Source: Clostridia bacterium (GTDB lineage: Bacteria > Bacillota > Clostridia > Christensenellales > CAG-138). From it: DNA of 64,000 bases. How positions within the stretch are numbered: the stretch's first letter is position 1; every line of letters starts with the position of its first letter. Below, one piece after another: positions 19,689 through 29,892 of the stretch. A program made the translations under genes and the position numbers. The notes under the pieces were generated by a model. That model was not told where the DNA came from and searched no databases. It saw only the letters and a list, made by a program, of their open reading frames with translations. The stretch is taken from the NCBI GenBank assembly GCA_017435905.1, contig JAFSEB010000075.1, positions 4,452-68,451 on the forward strand. Reading direction: 5' to 3'.

Positions 19689-22040
19689 ATGCAGGAAAGG
19701 GTCCTCAAAACACTCGAATACGATAAAATCCTTCACGAGGTAGAGCTGCGTGCCTCCTGCTGTATCGGGCGGGAGCTTGCGGCTGCGCTTACTCCTTCCA
19801 ACAATTTTTCTGAGGTGCAGAGGCTTTTGACCCTGACGGGCGAAGCGGAAACGATCCTTTATCGAACCGGACAAAGCCCCGTTGACGATTTTCCCGATAT
19901 GCGGCAGTGCCTCAAGCGCATCCATGCAGCGCTGTATATTTCGGCAGGGGAGCTTCTCGGCATTGCAAGATGCCTGCGTTCCGCACGCCTTGCAAGAGAA
20001 ATGCTGACGAAAGAAAATGAAGGCGGTCTTCTTTTTAATATGGCGAGCTTTCTTTCAACGCACAGGAGTGTGGAAGAAGAGATCTCCCGCTGCATCATCA
20101 GCGAGGATGAGATCTTTGACGGTGCATCGCCTGCGCTTTCCCGTATCCGCCGTGCCATGCGCACCGCAAATGAACGGGTGAGGGAAAAGCTGAACGCTAT
20201 GATCCGCTCCGCTACGTATTCAAAGTATTTGCAGGAGCCGCTCATCACCATCCGAAACGGACGTTTTGTGATCCCCGTCAAGCAGGAATACCGCCAGCAG
20301 ATCCCGGGTCTTGTGCACGACCAAAGCGGCAGCGGCGCAACGCTTTTTATTGAGCCTGCAGCTGTGGTGGAACTTGGCAATGAGTATAAAAAGCTTCTTG
20401 CGGAAGAACAGGAAGAGATCGAGCGCATTCTGACAGAACTGACGGCAATGGTCGCTCCTTATGCGGACGATATTTTTGAAGATATGAATGTGCTTGGTGA
20501 GATCGATCTTGTATTTGCCAAAGCACGCCTTGCAAGGGAAATGAACTGCACCTGCCCGAAGCTGAACGAAACGGGCTATATCCGCATTTCCCGTGGGCGG
20601 CATCCCTTGATCCCTACGGATCGTGTGGTGCCCATCGATATTTGGCTCGGGAAGGATTACCGCCTTTTGATCATTACCGGTCCCAACACCGGCGGTAAGA
20701 CCGTCACACTGAAACTTGTCGGTCTTCTGACGCTGATGGCGCAAAGCGGCCTGTTTATTCCTGCTGCAGAAGGCAGCGAGTGTGCTGTTTTTGATGCCGT
20801 GTACGCAGACATTGGCGATGAACAATCCATCGAACAGTCTCTTTCCACGTTCTCCTCTCATATGACGAATATCGTGGAGATCCTGAAAGCTGCGGATGAG
20901 CGCTCCCTTGTGCTGCTTGATGAACTTGGTGCAGGTACGGATCCCATCGAAGGCGCTGCCCTTGCCATGAGCATACTGGAAGATCTTCACGCACGGGGTA
21001 CGGTTTCCGTGTCAACTACCCATTACAGCGAGATCAAAGCCTTTGCTTTGACGAGGGACGGCATGGAAAACGCATCGATGGAATTTGATGTGGACAGGCT
21101 TTGTCCCACTTACCGCCTGTTTATCGGCATTCCCGGAAAATCCAATGCATTTGAAATATCGGAGCGGCTTGGTATCCCCACGCATATCATTGACAATGCG
21201 AGAGGCTTCCTGAAGGGCGAGGATGTCAAGTTTGAAGACATCATTTCAAGCGCACAGTCGCAGCACAGGATCGCCGAGGAAGAACGTGCTCTTGCACAGG
21301 AAGCACGTGCGGAGCTTGAACGCCTTCGTGCGGAAGCGGAAAAGGCACGCAAAAAGCTGGAGGAAGATAAGGCGAAGCAGCAGGCAAAGGCGAAAGAGGA
21401 AGCGAAGAAGATCGTTGCCGATACAAAGCGCGAGATGGAAAAACTCATCGTACAGGTGCGCTCCATCAAAGGTGTGGACAGGAGTGCCGCAGACCGTGTG
21501 ATCCAGCAGTCCAGGGACCGTCTTCGTGCAGAGGAAAGCAAGCTGCAGGATCCCATCGCCGTTAAAAAGGATGATGGCGGTCAGCCGCCCAAATCCGTAA
21601 AAGCCGGTCAAAGCGTCAGGATCGTTTCTCTCGATCAGCGTGCTACCGTGCTTTCACCTGCGGATGCAAAGGGCGAAGTGCAGGTGCAGGCAGGTATTCT
21701 GAAGCTGAACGTGAAGCTTCAGGACCTTCGCATCGTACCGGACGAACAGCCGAAACAGACAAAATCCAAGATCGCAGCCGTGCAGGACAGGCGTGTGGGG
21801 CTTGAACTCGATATCCGCGGTATGCTTGTGGATGAAGCGCTTGTGATCGTAGACCGCTATCTTGACGATGCATTCCTTACGGGCCTTTCCGAAGTGAATA
21901 TCATTCACGGAAAAGGCACAGGCGCCCTTCGCAGCGGCGTGCAGGATTATCTGAAGCGGCATTCCCGTGTGAAGAGCTTCCGCATCGGCAACTACGGCGA
22001 AGGCGATGCCGGCGTTACGGTCGTTACTTTGAAAAAATAG
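19689..22040 (+). CDS. mutS2: Endonuclease MutS2 (Smr domain)
   Basis: MQERVLKTLEYDKIL N-terminus, Walker A GPNTGGKTVTLK, DELGAGTDP and a C-terminal Smr domain (LDIRGMLVDEAL...IIHGKGTGALR). AAAGGAG precedes the ATG at 19689; the ORF track's N-terminal extension overlaps the previous gene. Confidence 0.9.
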   Translation: MQERVLKTLEYDKILHEVELRASCCIGRELAAALTPSNNFSEVQRLLTLTGEAETILYRTGQSPVDDFPDMRQCLKRIHAALYISAGELLGIARCLRSARLAREMLTKENEGGLLFNMASFLSTHRSVEEEISRCIISEDEIFDGASPALSRIRRAMRTANERVREKLNAMIRSATYSKYLQEPLITIRNGRFVIPVKQEYRQQIPGLVHDQSGSGATLFIEPAAVVELGNEYKKLLAEEQEEIERILTELTAMVAPYADDIFEDMNVLGEIDLVFAKARLAREMNCTCPKLNETGYIRISRGRHPLIPTDRVVPIDIWLGKDYRLLIITGPNTGGKTVTLKLVGLLTLMAQSGLFIPAAEGSECAVFDAVYADIGDEQSIEQSLSTFSSHMTNIVEILKAADERSLVLLDELGAGTDPIEGAALAMSILEDLHARGTVSVSTTHYSEIKAFALTRDGMENASMEFDVDRLCPTYRLFIGIPGKSNAFEISERLGIPTHIIDNARGFLKGEDVKFEDIISSAQSQHRIAEEERALAQEARAELERLRAEAEKARKKLEEDKAKQQAKAKEEAKKIVADTKREMEKLIVQVRSIKGVDRSAADRVIQQSRDRLRAEESKLQDPIAVKKDDGGQPPKSVKAGQSVRIVSLDQRATVLSPADAKGEVQVQAGILKLNVKLQDLRIVPDEQPKQTKSKIAAVQDRRVGLELDIRGMLVDEALVIVDRYLDDAFLTGLSEVNIIHGKGTGALRSGVQDYLKRHSRVKSFRIGNYGEGDAGVTVVTLKK

Positions 22041-22100
22041 TGCGGATCCTGTCGGATATTCATACCCGGTTCATAATTTGATGATAAGATACAGGGTGAA

Positions 22101-22547
22101 ATGATGACTCTTACTGCAGTATCTGCCTGCCTTGCAGGCGAACGCTGCCGCTATGACGGCAATGCAAACCCGAATGACCGTGCAAAAGAACTGTGCGCAG
22201 CCGGTGCGCTTCTGATTTGCCCCGAGTGCCTCGGCGGTCTGCCGACCCCACGGGAACCCGCCGAGATCGTAGGCGGCGACGGAGCGGCTGTCCTTGACGG
22301 CACAGCACGTGTCATAACAAAATCAGGTGCGGATGTAACGGATGCTTTCATTTGCGGTGCGCAAAAAGCACTTGCTTTGTGCAAGGAAAACGGGATAACG
22401 GAAGCCTTGCTGAAAGCACGAAGCCCTTCCTGTGGGTGCGGTACGATATATGACGGCACATTTTCGGGCGGAAGGATCTGCGGCGATGGCGTAACCGCTG
22501 CCCTTCTCAAACGAAACGGCATCCGTGTGTATACCGGGAACGATTGA
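22101..22547 (+). CDS. DUF523 (YbbK/TudS-like) protein
   Basis: SACLAGERCRYDG...CPECLGGLPTPREPAE...SPSCG cysteine pattern of DUF523. Confidence 0.7.
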   Translation: MMTLTAVSACLAGERCRYDGNANPNDRAKELCAAGALLICPECLGGLPTPREPAEIVGGDGAAVLDGTARVITKSGADVTDAFICGAQKALALCKENGITEALLKARSPSCGCGTIYDGTFSGGRICGDGVTAALLKRNGIRVYTGND

Positions 22548-22592
22548 GGAAACTGCAAAAAGAGCCGGTTCAATCTGAATGGGAGGATGCTT

Positions 22593-23279
22593 ATGGAGAA
22601 CAACACCATCCTTGTGATCGATGATGACAGGAACATACTTGCAATCATCGAGATGTATCTGAAAAAAGCCGAATATAACGTAAAGACCTGTGAACGTGGC
22701 GATGCGGCGCTGCGCCTGTTCCGTGAGGTACAGCCCCAGCTGGTGGTGCTTGATGTGATGCTGCCGGGAATGGATGGCTGGGAAGTGCTCAGCCAGCTTC
22801 GTGCGGAAAGCAGCGTGCCCGTCATCATGCTGACTGCAAAGGGCGATACCCTTGACCGTGTGCAGGGGCTTGACCTTGGGGCAGATGACTATATCGTGAA
22901 GCCTTTTGACCCGAAGGAGCTGCTTGCACGCATCAAAGCTGTCATGCGCCGTGTCGGGCAAAGTGAAGAAGAAAATGTGCGTGAGTGCAGCTTTGAAGGG
23001 CTTACGGTATCTCTTGACAATTACTCTGTTTTTCTTGACGGAAAGCAGATCGAAATGCCGCCGAAGGAGATCGAACTGCTTTATTTCCTCGCATCGAAGG
23101 AAGGAAAGGTGTTTACCCGCGAACAGCTTCTTGAGCAGGTTTGGGGCTTTGATTTCTTTGGTGATTCACGCACGGTAGATGTACACATCAAGCGGATCCG
23201 TGAAAAACTCGGTGAACGTGATGCCTGGCAGGTCAAAACCGTTTGGGGCGTCGGCTACAAATTCGAAGCTGCAAAATAA
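22593..23279 (+). CDS. OmpR-family response regulator
   Basis: Receiver domain (ILVIDDD...LDVMLPGMDGWEV...LTAKG) and a winged-helix output domain (RTVDVHIKRIREKL...VWGVGYKF). Confidence 0.9.
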   Translation: MENNTILVIDDDRNILAIIEMYLKKAEYNVKTCERGDAALRLFREVQPQLVVLDVMLPGMDGWEVLSQLRAESSVPVIMLTAKGDTLDRVQGLDLGADDYIVKPFDPKELLARIKAVMRRVGQSEEENVRECSFEGLTVSLDNYSVFLDGKQIEMPPKEIELLYFLASKEGKVFTREQLLEQVWGFDFFGDSRTVDVHIKRIREKLGERDAWQVKTVWGVGYKFEAAK

Positions 23280-23288
23280 AGGTGATGG

Positions 23289-24758
23289 ATGTTTAATTCG
23301 CTGTTTTCGCGCATGCTTGCAACCTATCTTTCGGTAATGCTTGCGATTCTTGCATTGCTTGGTATTACCGTTGCAGGCATGTTCCAAAATCAGTATCTGA
23401 CAGAACAGGAAGGTGAGCTTCGCCGGGAAGCGGAGGAGGTCACCAACACCATCATTACAAAATACCTTGATGCGGAAAAGCGGCCTGTTGCCAGCGAAGA
23501 ATTGCTGGCTGCCGCACGAAAGCACGATGCGCTGCTGCAGCTTGTGTTTGTGGATCAGGCTTTCGGCAACGTATGTATGTACGACAAAGCTTCCTCCAAA
23601 TGGCTTCCCGTGGCGGAAAGCTATTTTTCCGGGGAAGCAGGAGAGATCATTTCCACCGGTGAAACAAGGATCGAATCCAATTCCTTTTCGGGATGGCTTG
23701 ATTTTCCCACCATGTCCATTGCCTGCCCGATCAAAGCGGAAGACGGAAGTGCTGTTGGCGCCATGTTCTTCCATACGGATATGAGCGTGATCCATAATTC
23801 CATCCGGCAGGTCTATATGGATGTGCTTCTTTCCGCCTGCGTTTCCGTGATCCTTGCGTTCCTTGCGGTATCCTACATCACGGTGCGCATGACAAAGCCC
23901 ATTACCGACATGCGCAACATCGTTCGCCGGTTTTCAAAGGGCGAATTTGAAGCAAGGGTAAAGGTATCAAGCACGGATGAGGTGGGCGAACTTGCGCAAA
24001 GTTTCAATGCCATGGCCGATGTGCTGGATAAGCTTGAAAACTCAAGGAGGAGCTTTGTTGCAAACGTTTCGCATGAACTGCGCTCACCGCTTACATCCAT
24101 GCGAGGCTTTCTTGAAGCTATGCAGGACGGCACGGTGCCCGAGGAAGAATACGGAAAATACCTTGGCATTGTGATCGAAGAAAACAAGCGGATGACGGCG
24201 ATGGTAAACGATCTGCTTGACCTTGCAAGGATCGAATCCGGTCAGACGATCCTGAACAAAAAAAGCTTTGATATCAATGAACTCATCATTCGTACGCTTT
24301 TGACCTTTGAGGCACGGATCGATGCCGGCAAACTCGAGGTCAAAATGGATTTTGATCAGGAACATACATTCGTGGAAGCGGATCCCGATCAGATCGCACA
24401 GGTGATCCGAAACCTGATCGACAATTCCATTAAGTTTTCCCCGAATGGCGGTCTGCTGACTCTTGAGAGCAAGGTCGATAAAAAACAGGTCCTCATTTCC
24501 GTTAAGGATGAAGGTGCAGGTATTTCTCCTGAGGATCTGCCTTATGTGTTTGACCGGTTTTATAAAGGGGAAAAAGCACATACGCCAAAGGGTTCCTCAA
24601 GCGGCATCGGTCTTTCCATCGTAAAGAGGATCATTGAACAGCATAACGAGACCATCACAGTTAGTTCCCGGCAGGGCGAAGGCACCTGCTTCACATTTTC
24701 TCTTAAACTATGCGAACAGCAGGGAAGAGCACGCTCCCTTGCCTCGCAGCGGAGGTAA
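23289..24758 (+). CDS. Sensor histidine kinase (2 TM, HAMP, HisKA, HATPase_c)
   Basis: H-box FVANVSHELRSPLTSM, N-box NLIDNSIKFSP, and G-boxes DEGAGI and GSSSGIGLSIV. Confidence 0.9.
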   Translation: MFNSLFSRMLATYLSVMLAILALLGITVAGMFQNQYLTEQEGELRREAEEVTNTIITKYLDAEKRPVASEELLAAARKHDALLQLVFVDQAFGNVCMYDKASSKWLPVAESYFSGEAGEIISTGETRIESNSFSGWLDFPTMSIACPIKAEDGSAVGAMFFHTDMSVIHNSIRQVYMDVLLSACVSVILAFLAVSYITVRMTKPITDMRNIVRRFSKGEFEARVKVSSTDEVGELAQSFNAMADVLDKLENSRRSFVANVSHELRSPLTSMRGFLEAMQDGTVPEEEYGKYLGIVIEENKRMTAMVNDLLDLARIESGQTILNKKSFDINELIIRTLLTFEARIDAGKLEVKMDFDQEHTFVEADPDQIAQVIRNLIDNSIKFSPNGGLLTLESKVDKKQVLISVKDEGAGISPEDLPYVFDRFYKGEKAHTPKGSSSGIGLSIVKRIIEQHNETITVSSRQGEGTCFTFSLKLCEQQGRARSLASQRR

Positions 24759-24761
24759 AAC

Positions 24762-26117
24762 ATGGAATATCCTCACTATTACTACGATGATCCCACGGAT
24801 GAAAGCTCCCGCCAGGAACGCCCCCGGCGCAGGGGCATTGGCGGATATATCGTAACGGCAGTGGTCTTTACCATTGTCGGTGCGCTTCTTGCCACGATCC
24901 TGATGCCCTCGCTTTACGATATTGAGCAGCAGGCCGAAAACCCGGCGGCAACGCCCGATATGCCAGTCGCCACGCCTGCTCCCGATCAGGCAGATCCTTT
25001 CCTCGAGGATGGAGAAGCTGCGGAAAAGCCGCAAAAGCCTTCTTATACGCCAAATCCCACCACAAGGCCCATGCCTGAACTCAATGGGGATACGCCCGTT
25101 ATCAGCGATCCTGCCAATCCGCTTCCCGATATTGCGGAACAGGTGAGTGCAGGCGTTGTCGGCATCATCAATTATGCGCAGTTCAATGCCCTCGGCATCC
25201 CCCTTGGAGACGGTCTCGTGGAGCAAGGGTCCGGTTCCGGCTTTGTGATCAGCGGAGACGGCTATATTCTGACCAATTCCCATGTGGTGGAGGATTCCGA
25301 TGCGGTCGGCGTCATGTTCCCCGATGGCACGGAAATGGAAGCGGAGATCATCGGTCTTGATAAGACCACAGATGTTGCGGTGCTCAAGATCGAGGGGGAA
25401 GGTCACTATGCGTTGAAGCTTGGCAACTCCGATACCGTGCGTGTCGGCGAATTTACCATTGCCATCGGCGACCCCACCGGCCGAGAGCTTTCGGGCACCA
25501 CCACGTTTGGCATCATCAGCGCTACTGCCCGTGAGATGAATATTGACGGCAATACGAATGTGTATCTGCAGACCGATGCCGCCATCAATCCCGGCAACAG
25601 CGGTGGTCCGCTTCTGAATATGGCAGGGGAAGTGATCGGTATCACCTCCGCAAAAACCGTTACCGCCAGCTATGATGAGTTCGGTAATGCCATCAGCGCA
25701 GAAGGCCTCGGTTTTGCCATTCCCATCAACGATGCCATGAAGATCGCAACGGAACTGATCACAAAGGGATATGTACAGCGTCCCGGCGTCGGTATCAGCA
25801 TCGTAGAGTGGGATGAGCTTGCCGCTGCGGAATACGAAACTCCACATGGCGTTCTCATCTACAGCGTTACGAAGGATGGTCCTGCAGATAAGGCAGGCAT
25901 TCGTCCCGATGATATCATCGTGGGGGTCAACGGTCAGCCTTCGCCTTCACAGTCCGATTTTGTTGCAATGGTAAAAGCCATGCAGGTAGGCGATACCTTC
26001 ACGGTTAAAGCATGGCGTGCAGGGGAATACTATGAAACCACCGTTGAAGTGGTGGATCTCAACACCCTTGGCAATGAGCTTGCCGGAGGAGAAGCAAACT
26101 ATAATTTCTACGATTGA
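24762..26117 (+). CDS. htrA: HtrA/DegP-family serine protease with PDZ domain, membrane-anchored
   Basis: The catalytic triad context is present: TNSHVV, DVAVLKI, NPGNSGGPLLN. There is an N-terminal TM segment and a C-terminal PDZ-like region. Confidence 0.9.
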   Translation: MEYPHYYYDDPTDESSRQERPRRRGIGGYIVTAVVFTIVGALLATILMPSLYDIEQQAENPAATPDMPVATPAPDQADPFLEDGEAAEKPQKPSYTPNPTTRPMPELNGDTPVISDPANPLPDIAEQVSAGVVGIINYAQFNALGIPLGDGLVEQGSGSGFVISGDGYILTNSHVVEDSDAVGVMFPDGTEMEAEIIGLDKTTDVAVLKIEGEGHYALKLGNSDTVRVGEFTIAIGDPTGRELSGTTTFGIISATAREMNIDGNTNVYLQTDAAINPGNSGGPLLNMAGEVIGITSAKTVTASYDEFGNAISAEGLGFAIPINDAMKIATELITKGYVQRPGVGISIVEWDELAAAEYETPHGVLIYSVTKDGPADKAGIRPDDIIVGVNGQPSPSQSDFVAMVKAMQVGDTFTVKAWRAGEYYETTVEVVDLNTLGNELAGGEANYNFYD

Positions 26118-26127
26118 TCATGAAGAA

Positions 26128-26168
26128 AGCGAGGTTTTCCGTTTTCGGGAAACCTCGCTTTTGCTTTT
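26128..26168 (+). terminator. Rho-independent terminator after htrA
   Basis: AGCGAGGTTTTCC-GTTT-TCGGGAAACCTCGCT hairpin followed by TTTGCTTTT. Confidence 0.8.
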
Positions 26169-26221
26169 ATGTATAGCATCGCTCACTATGGGAGATAATG
26201 CTCCCAAAGGAGAGTGAAACG

Positions 26222-26812
26222 ATGTCAACAAAACATGATCGTAACGGCGTGGTGCCAGGTGCCAAGCGCATCCTGGCAAGCGGTCTCATGCTGTTTTCCA
26301 TGGGGATCGCCTGCGGCATCCTCGCAGGGGGAAGTTTTTTGCAGCAGGAAATGAAAGAAACTGCGGAGAGCGAAAACCCGGTGCAGCAGGAAGAACCTTC
26401 GGCAGAGATGGCTGCTGCGGTTCGTGAAACAACGGTGGTGGAGTGGATCACGGCTTTTTCCTTGTGCGGACACGAGTGCGTGGTATCCGATACGGAAAGC
26501 GCCGTTGGCATGACAACAACGGAACTTCAAAACACATACAGGGATTATGAACTTCGGCTTTTTACAGGCGAAAAGGTAAAGCTGAAACGGGAAGTGCAGG
26601 GCTGGTGTCCCGAACACTTTGTGCTGATGAAGGATGACGGTGTTCTTTGCGTTATGAAGACGGATGCGGAAACAATGCTGCCTTACAAAGTGACCTCTTT
26701 TCCCAATGCTTCCGTTGTGTTTCCTCAAGAAGAGCAGGAAAACCTTGAAATCGGGATACCCTTTGATTCGTTAGCCGAGATCGACATGTATTTTGAAGGG
26801 GTCGATTCTTAA
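26222..26812 (+). CDS. BofC-like sporulation protein (membrane-anchored)
   Basis: The C-terminal ...HFVLMKDDGVLCVMK...EEQENLEIGIPFDSLAEIDMYFEGV resembles the BofC C-terminal domain (B. subtilis ...GYIGVSDNGVISTF...LLKGIPFRTKAEFEDVIEHM). It sits next to ruv genes, as bofC does in B. subtilis. AAAGGAG RBS. Confidence 0.55.
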   Translation: MSTKHDRNGVVPGAKRILASGLMLFSMGIACGILAGGSFLQQEMKETAESENPVQQEEPSAEMAAAVRETTVVEWITAFSLCGHECVVSDTESAVGMTTTELQNTYRDYELRLFTGEKVKLKREVQGWCPEHFVLMKDDGVLCVMKTDAETMLPYKVTSFPNASVVFPQEEQENLEIGIPFDSLAEIDMYFEGVDS

Positions 26813-26836
26813 AATACAAACAAATTATCTTTTCTT

Positions 26837-26865
26837 TTGCCTAATTGCCGAACACATGGTAAAAT
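26837..26865 (+). promoter_or_regulatory. Sigma-A-type promoter for the ruvC operon
   Basis: TTGCCT (26837-26842), a 17-nt spacer, then TAAAAT (26860-26865). Confidence 0.5.
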
Positions 26866-26930
26866 AAAAATGTATGGTCGGATCGGTTCGCCATCCGGCC
26901 ATGATCATATTATACCGGATGGATATCACC

Positions 26931-27428
26931 ATGATCATACTTGGGATAGACCCCGGCTATGCCATCCTCGGCTATGGCATCATCGAAGCCGAAGGGAGGC
27001 GCATCCGCCCTGTGGATTATGGCGTGGTGGAAACCAAGGCAGGGGAACCTTTCCCCGAACGTCTTGAAAAACTCTACCTTGGCGTCAGGCAGCTGGTGGG
27101 TATGTATAAGCCGGAGCATATCGTTTTTGAAGAACTGTTTTTTTACCGCAACACGACAACTGCGCTTCCTGTCGGTGCAGGGCGCGGCGTTGCAATGCTT
27201 GCCGCACAGCAATCCGGTGTTCCGCTTTACGAATATACCCCCATGCAGATCAAGCTTGCTGTTACGGGCAACGGCCATGCGGATAAAAAACAGGTACAGC
27301 AAATGGTGCGTGTGCTTTTGGGGCTGAGGGAAATACCGAAGCCCGATGATGCGGCAGACGCCCTCGGTGCAGCTATCTGCCACGCAAATACATCAAAAGC
27401 AGCTGCGGAGGAATTCCGCATTCGGTAA
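26931..27428 (+). CDS. ruvC: Holliday-junction resolvase RuvC
   Basis: MIILGIDPGYAILGYGIIE..., FEELFF, ...ADALGAAICH. The family N-terminus fits the ATG at 26931; in-frame upstream ATGs exist at 26901 and 26874. Confidence 0.85.
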   Translation: MIILGIDPGYAILGYGIIEAEGRRIRPVDYGVVETKAGEPFPERLEKLYLGVRQLVGMYKPEHIVFEELFFYRNTTTALPVGAGRGVAMLAAQQSGVPLYEYTPMQIKLAVTGNGHADKKQVQQMVRVLLGLREIPKPDDAADALGAAICHANTSKAAAEEFRIR

Positions 27429-27460
27429 CCCTAAAAATCAGGATCGGGGAGATAAATCAT

Positions 27461-28060
27461 ATGTATGCACATATCAGGGGCACCGTGACCCAGGTCATGC
27501 AGGACCGGGTGATACTGGAAGCCTGCGGCGTTGGATACGAACTATACTGTTCGGCAGAAACACGCAAATACCTTGTGATCGGAAAGGAGCATAAGCTTCT
27601 CACACATTTCCACATTTCGCTTTCGCAGGATGTGATGGCTCTTTACGGCTTTGAAACCGAGGAAGAGCGTGCCATGTTCAGAAGGCTGATCGGCGTGACA
27701 AGGGTGGGACCGAAGCTGGCACTTTCCGTGCTTTCCGTGTTGACGGTTTCCGATATTGCCGGTGCGATCCTCACGGAAAATGCTGCTGCTTTTGACAAAG
27801 TACCCGGCATGGGCAGAAAAACCGCTGCAAGGGTGCTGCTTGAGCTGAAGGAAAAAATCGGGAAGGATGAAATGGTATCCGTCGGTCTTCCGGAAGCTGC
27901 CGCCACCGGCATCGACATCCGCACGGAAGCCATTGCGGCACTTGTTTCCCTCGGTTATGACGGTGTGACTGCCGGCCGTGCCGTTGCCGCAGTCGGCGAA
28001 TGCAGCAAGGTGGAAGATATGATCACACAGGCACTTCGTGAGCTTGCAAGGAAAGGATAA
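27461..28060 (+). CDS. ruvA: Holliday-junction branch-migration protein RuvA
   Basis: MYAHIRGTV...GVGYELY...LYGFETEEERAMFRRLIGVTRVGPKLALSVLS...VPGMGRKTAARVLLELK. Confidence 0.9.
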   Translation: MYAHIRGTVTQVMQDRVILEACGVGYELYCSAETRKYLVIGKEHKLLTHFHISLSQDVMALYGFETEEERAMFRRLIGVTRVGPKLALSVLSVLTVSDIAGAILTENAAAFDKVPGMGRKTAARVLLELKEKIGKDEMVSVGLPEAAATGIDIRTEAIAALVSLGYDGVTAGRAVAAVGECSKVEDMITQALRELARKG

Positions 28061-28063
28061 TCC

Positions 28064-29092
28064 ATGGAAGAAAGGCTGATCTCCTCTTCAATGATGACGG
28101 AGGATGAACAAATCGAATATAGCCTGCGGCCGAAGTTTCTCAATGAATACATTGGCCAAAGAAACGTAAAGGAGCATATGCGCATCTATATCGAAGCGGC
28201 AAAGCGCCGTGGCGAGCCGCTCGACCATGCGCTGCTTTACGGCCCTCCGGGTCTTGGCAAAACAACGCTTGCTGCGATCATCGCCAATGAGATGGGCGGC
28301 AATCTGCGTGTTACGAGCGGTCCTGCCATTTCGCATGCAGGTGACCTTGCGGCGATCCTGACAAACCTTGCGGCAGGTGATGTACTCTTTATCGATGAGA
28401 TCCACCGCCTGAATGCGAACGTGGAGGAAGTGCTGTATCCCGCAATGGAGGATTTTGCCATCGATATCATCATCGGCAAAGGCCCTTCGGCGCACTCCAT
28501 CCGCCTTGACTTGCCAAGATTCACCCTTGTTGGTGCCACCACACGCATGGGACTTTTGACCTCTCCTCTCCGTGACCGTTTCGGTATCAAGGAGCAGCTT
28601 GAAATGTATCCGCCGGAGGATCTGAAGACCATTATCGAACGAAATGCGGAGATCCTGAATGTGGATATCGATACCGAAGGTGCTCTTGAGATCGCATCCC
28701 GCTCCCGTGGAACGCCACGTATCGTAAACCGCCTTTTGAAACGTGTGCGTGATTACGCACAGGTCATGGGCAATGGCGCGATCGACCTTGAAACGGCACA
28801 AAATGCCCTTTCAATGCTTTCGATCGATGAAGTGGGTCTTGATGCAGTGGACCGAAGGATGCTTTTGACGATGATCGAAAAATTCGGCGGACGTCCTGTG
28901 GGACTTGATACCCTTGCCGCTGCGACAGGTGAGGATGCAACAACGATCGAAGATGTTTATGAACCATATTTACTGCAGCTCGGTTTTATCGCGCGCACGC
29001 CGCGCGGCAGGATCGTGATGCCGCAGGGCTATATCCATATGGGCTATGCACCGCCTGCAATGCAGGGACAGCAGGATAAGATGAATATTTAA
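28064..29092 (+). CDS. ruvB: Holliday-junction ATP-dependent helicase RuvB
   Basis: [12 protein letters not shown]..., [40 protein letters not shown]. Confidence 0.95.
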   Translation: MEERLISSSMMTEDEQIEYSLRPKFLNEYIGQRNVKEHMRIYIEAAKRRGEPLDHALLYGPPGLGKTTLAAIIANEMGGNLRVTSGPAISHAGDLAAILTNLAAGDVLFIDEIHRLNANVEEVLYPAMEDFAIDIIIGKGPSAHSIRLDLPRFTLVGATTRMGLLTSPLRDRFGIKEQLEMYPPEDLKTIIERNAEILNVDIDTEGALEIASRSRGTPRIVNRLLKRVRDYAQVMGNGAIDLETAQNALSMLSIDEVGLDAVDRRMLLTMIEKFGGRPVGLDTLAAATGEDATTIEDVYEPYLLQLGFIARTPRGRIVMPQGYIHMGYAPPAMQGQQDKMNI

Positions 29093-29104
29093 GGAGGCAG
29101 CGCA

Positions 29105-29854
29105 ATGTTTGGACGCAAAACAAAAGAATTGGAAGAACAACTTTCTCAGAGCAAACAGGAAGTGGCGATCCTTGCCAAAAAAGTAGAGACCATGACCGCA
29201 GAACTTGCGGAGTTCAAGGCAAAGGAATCAGCGATCTCCGGTGCGCTTACGAGTGCACAAAAAGCGGCGGAGAAAGTCATCGCCGAGGCAGAGGCGGAAA
29301 AACGCATCATTCTGACCGAGGCGGAGAATGTCAAAGCTGCTGCGGAAGAGGAAGCCGAAGCCATCGTTGCGGATGCCAATAATGAGGCAGAAGAGATCGT
29401 TACGGAGGCAAAGGCAAAAGCGAAAGCGATCGCACTGCAGGCAGAGGCTTTTATGCAGGAATACCGTGCCAATGCCGCAAGGCTCAATGAAAGCCTGCAG
29501 GCAGCCGCCAGCGCAGCCGCCGCACAGGCAGAACAGTTCCGTGCCTTTGCGGACGGCGCACGCCTTGAAAGCGAAACGGAGCTTGCCGGCGAATACAGCG
29601 GCAGCGCCGACCTTCTTGACGAAAAGGAACTTGAGCTTCCGGATGATTATGAAACGCCCGCAACGCTCATGAAGAGCATCTATGCCATTGAAAACCGTGA
29701 CATCCCTGCAGCAGCGGAGGAGGCGGAAGAGGAAGCGGTGCTTCTTACTGTCAGCGATATCATGAATGACGACGTGGAACCTCTTTCTGAAGAGGAAGCA
29801 GGGATCAGTGCAGAACTTGATGCCATCATCAACGATGTTTTAAAGGATTCCTGA
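29105..29854 (+). CDS. Ala/Glu-rich coiled-coil protein (DivIVA-like C-terminal repeat pattern)
   Basis: The 249-aa product has an AAGGAGG RBS 13 nt after the ruvB stop. It carries long heptad-like A/E/K tracts (AQKAAEKVIAEAEAEKRIILTEAENVKAAAEEEAEAIV...) and an acidic tail. The family assignment is uncertain. Confidence 0.5.
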   Translation: MFGRKTKELEEQLSQSKQEVAILAKKVETMTAELAEFKAKESAISGALTSAQKAAEKVIAEAEAEKRIILTEAENVKAAAEEEAEAIVADANNEAEEIVTEAKAKAKAIALQAEAFMQEYRANAARLNESLQAAASAAAAQAEQFRAFADGARLESETELAGEYSGSADLLDEKELELPDDYETPATLMKSIYAIENRDIPAAAEEAEEEAVLLTVSDIMNDDVEPLSEEEAGISAELDAIINDVLKDS

Positions 29855-29892
29855 TCCGCCTGTGACCGCATTTTGTATTTGGGGAAAAGAAA

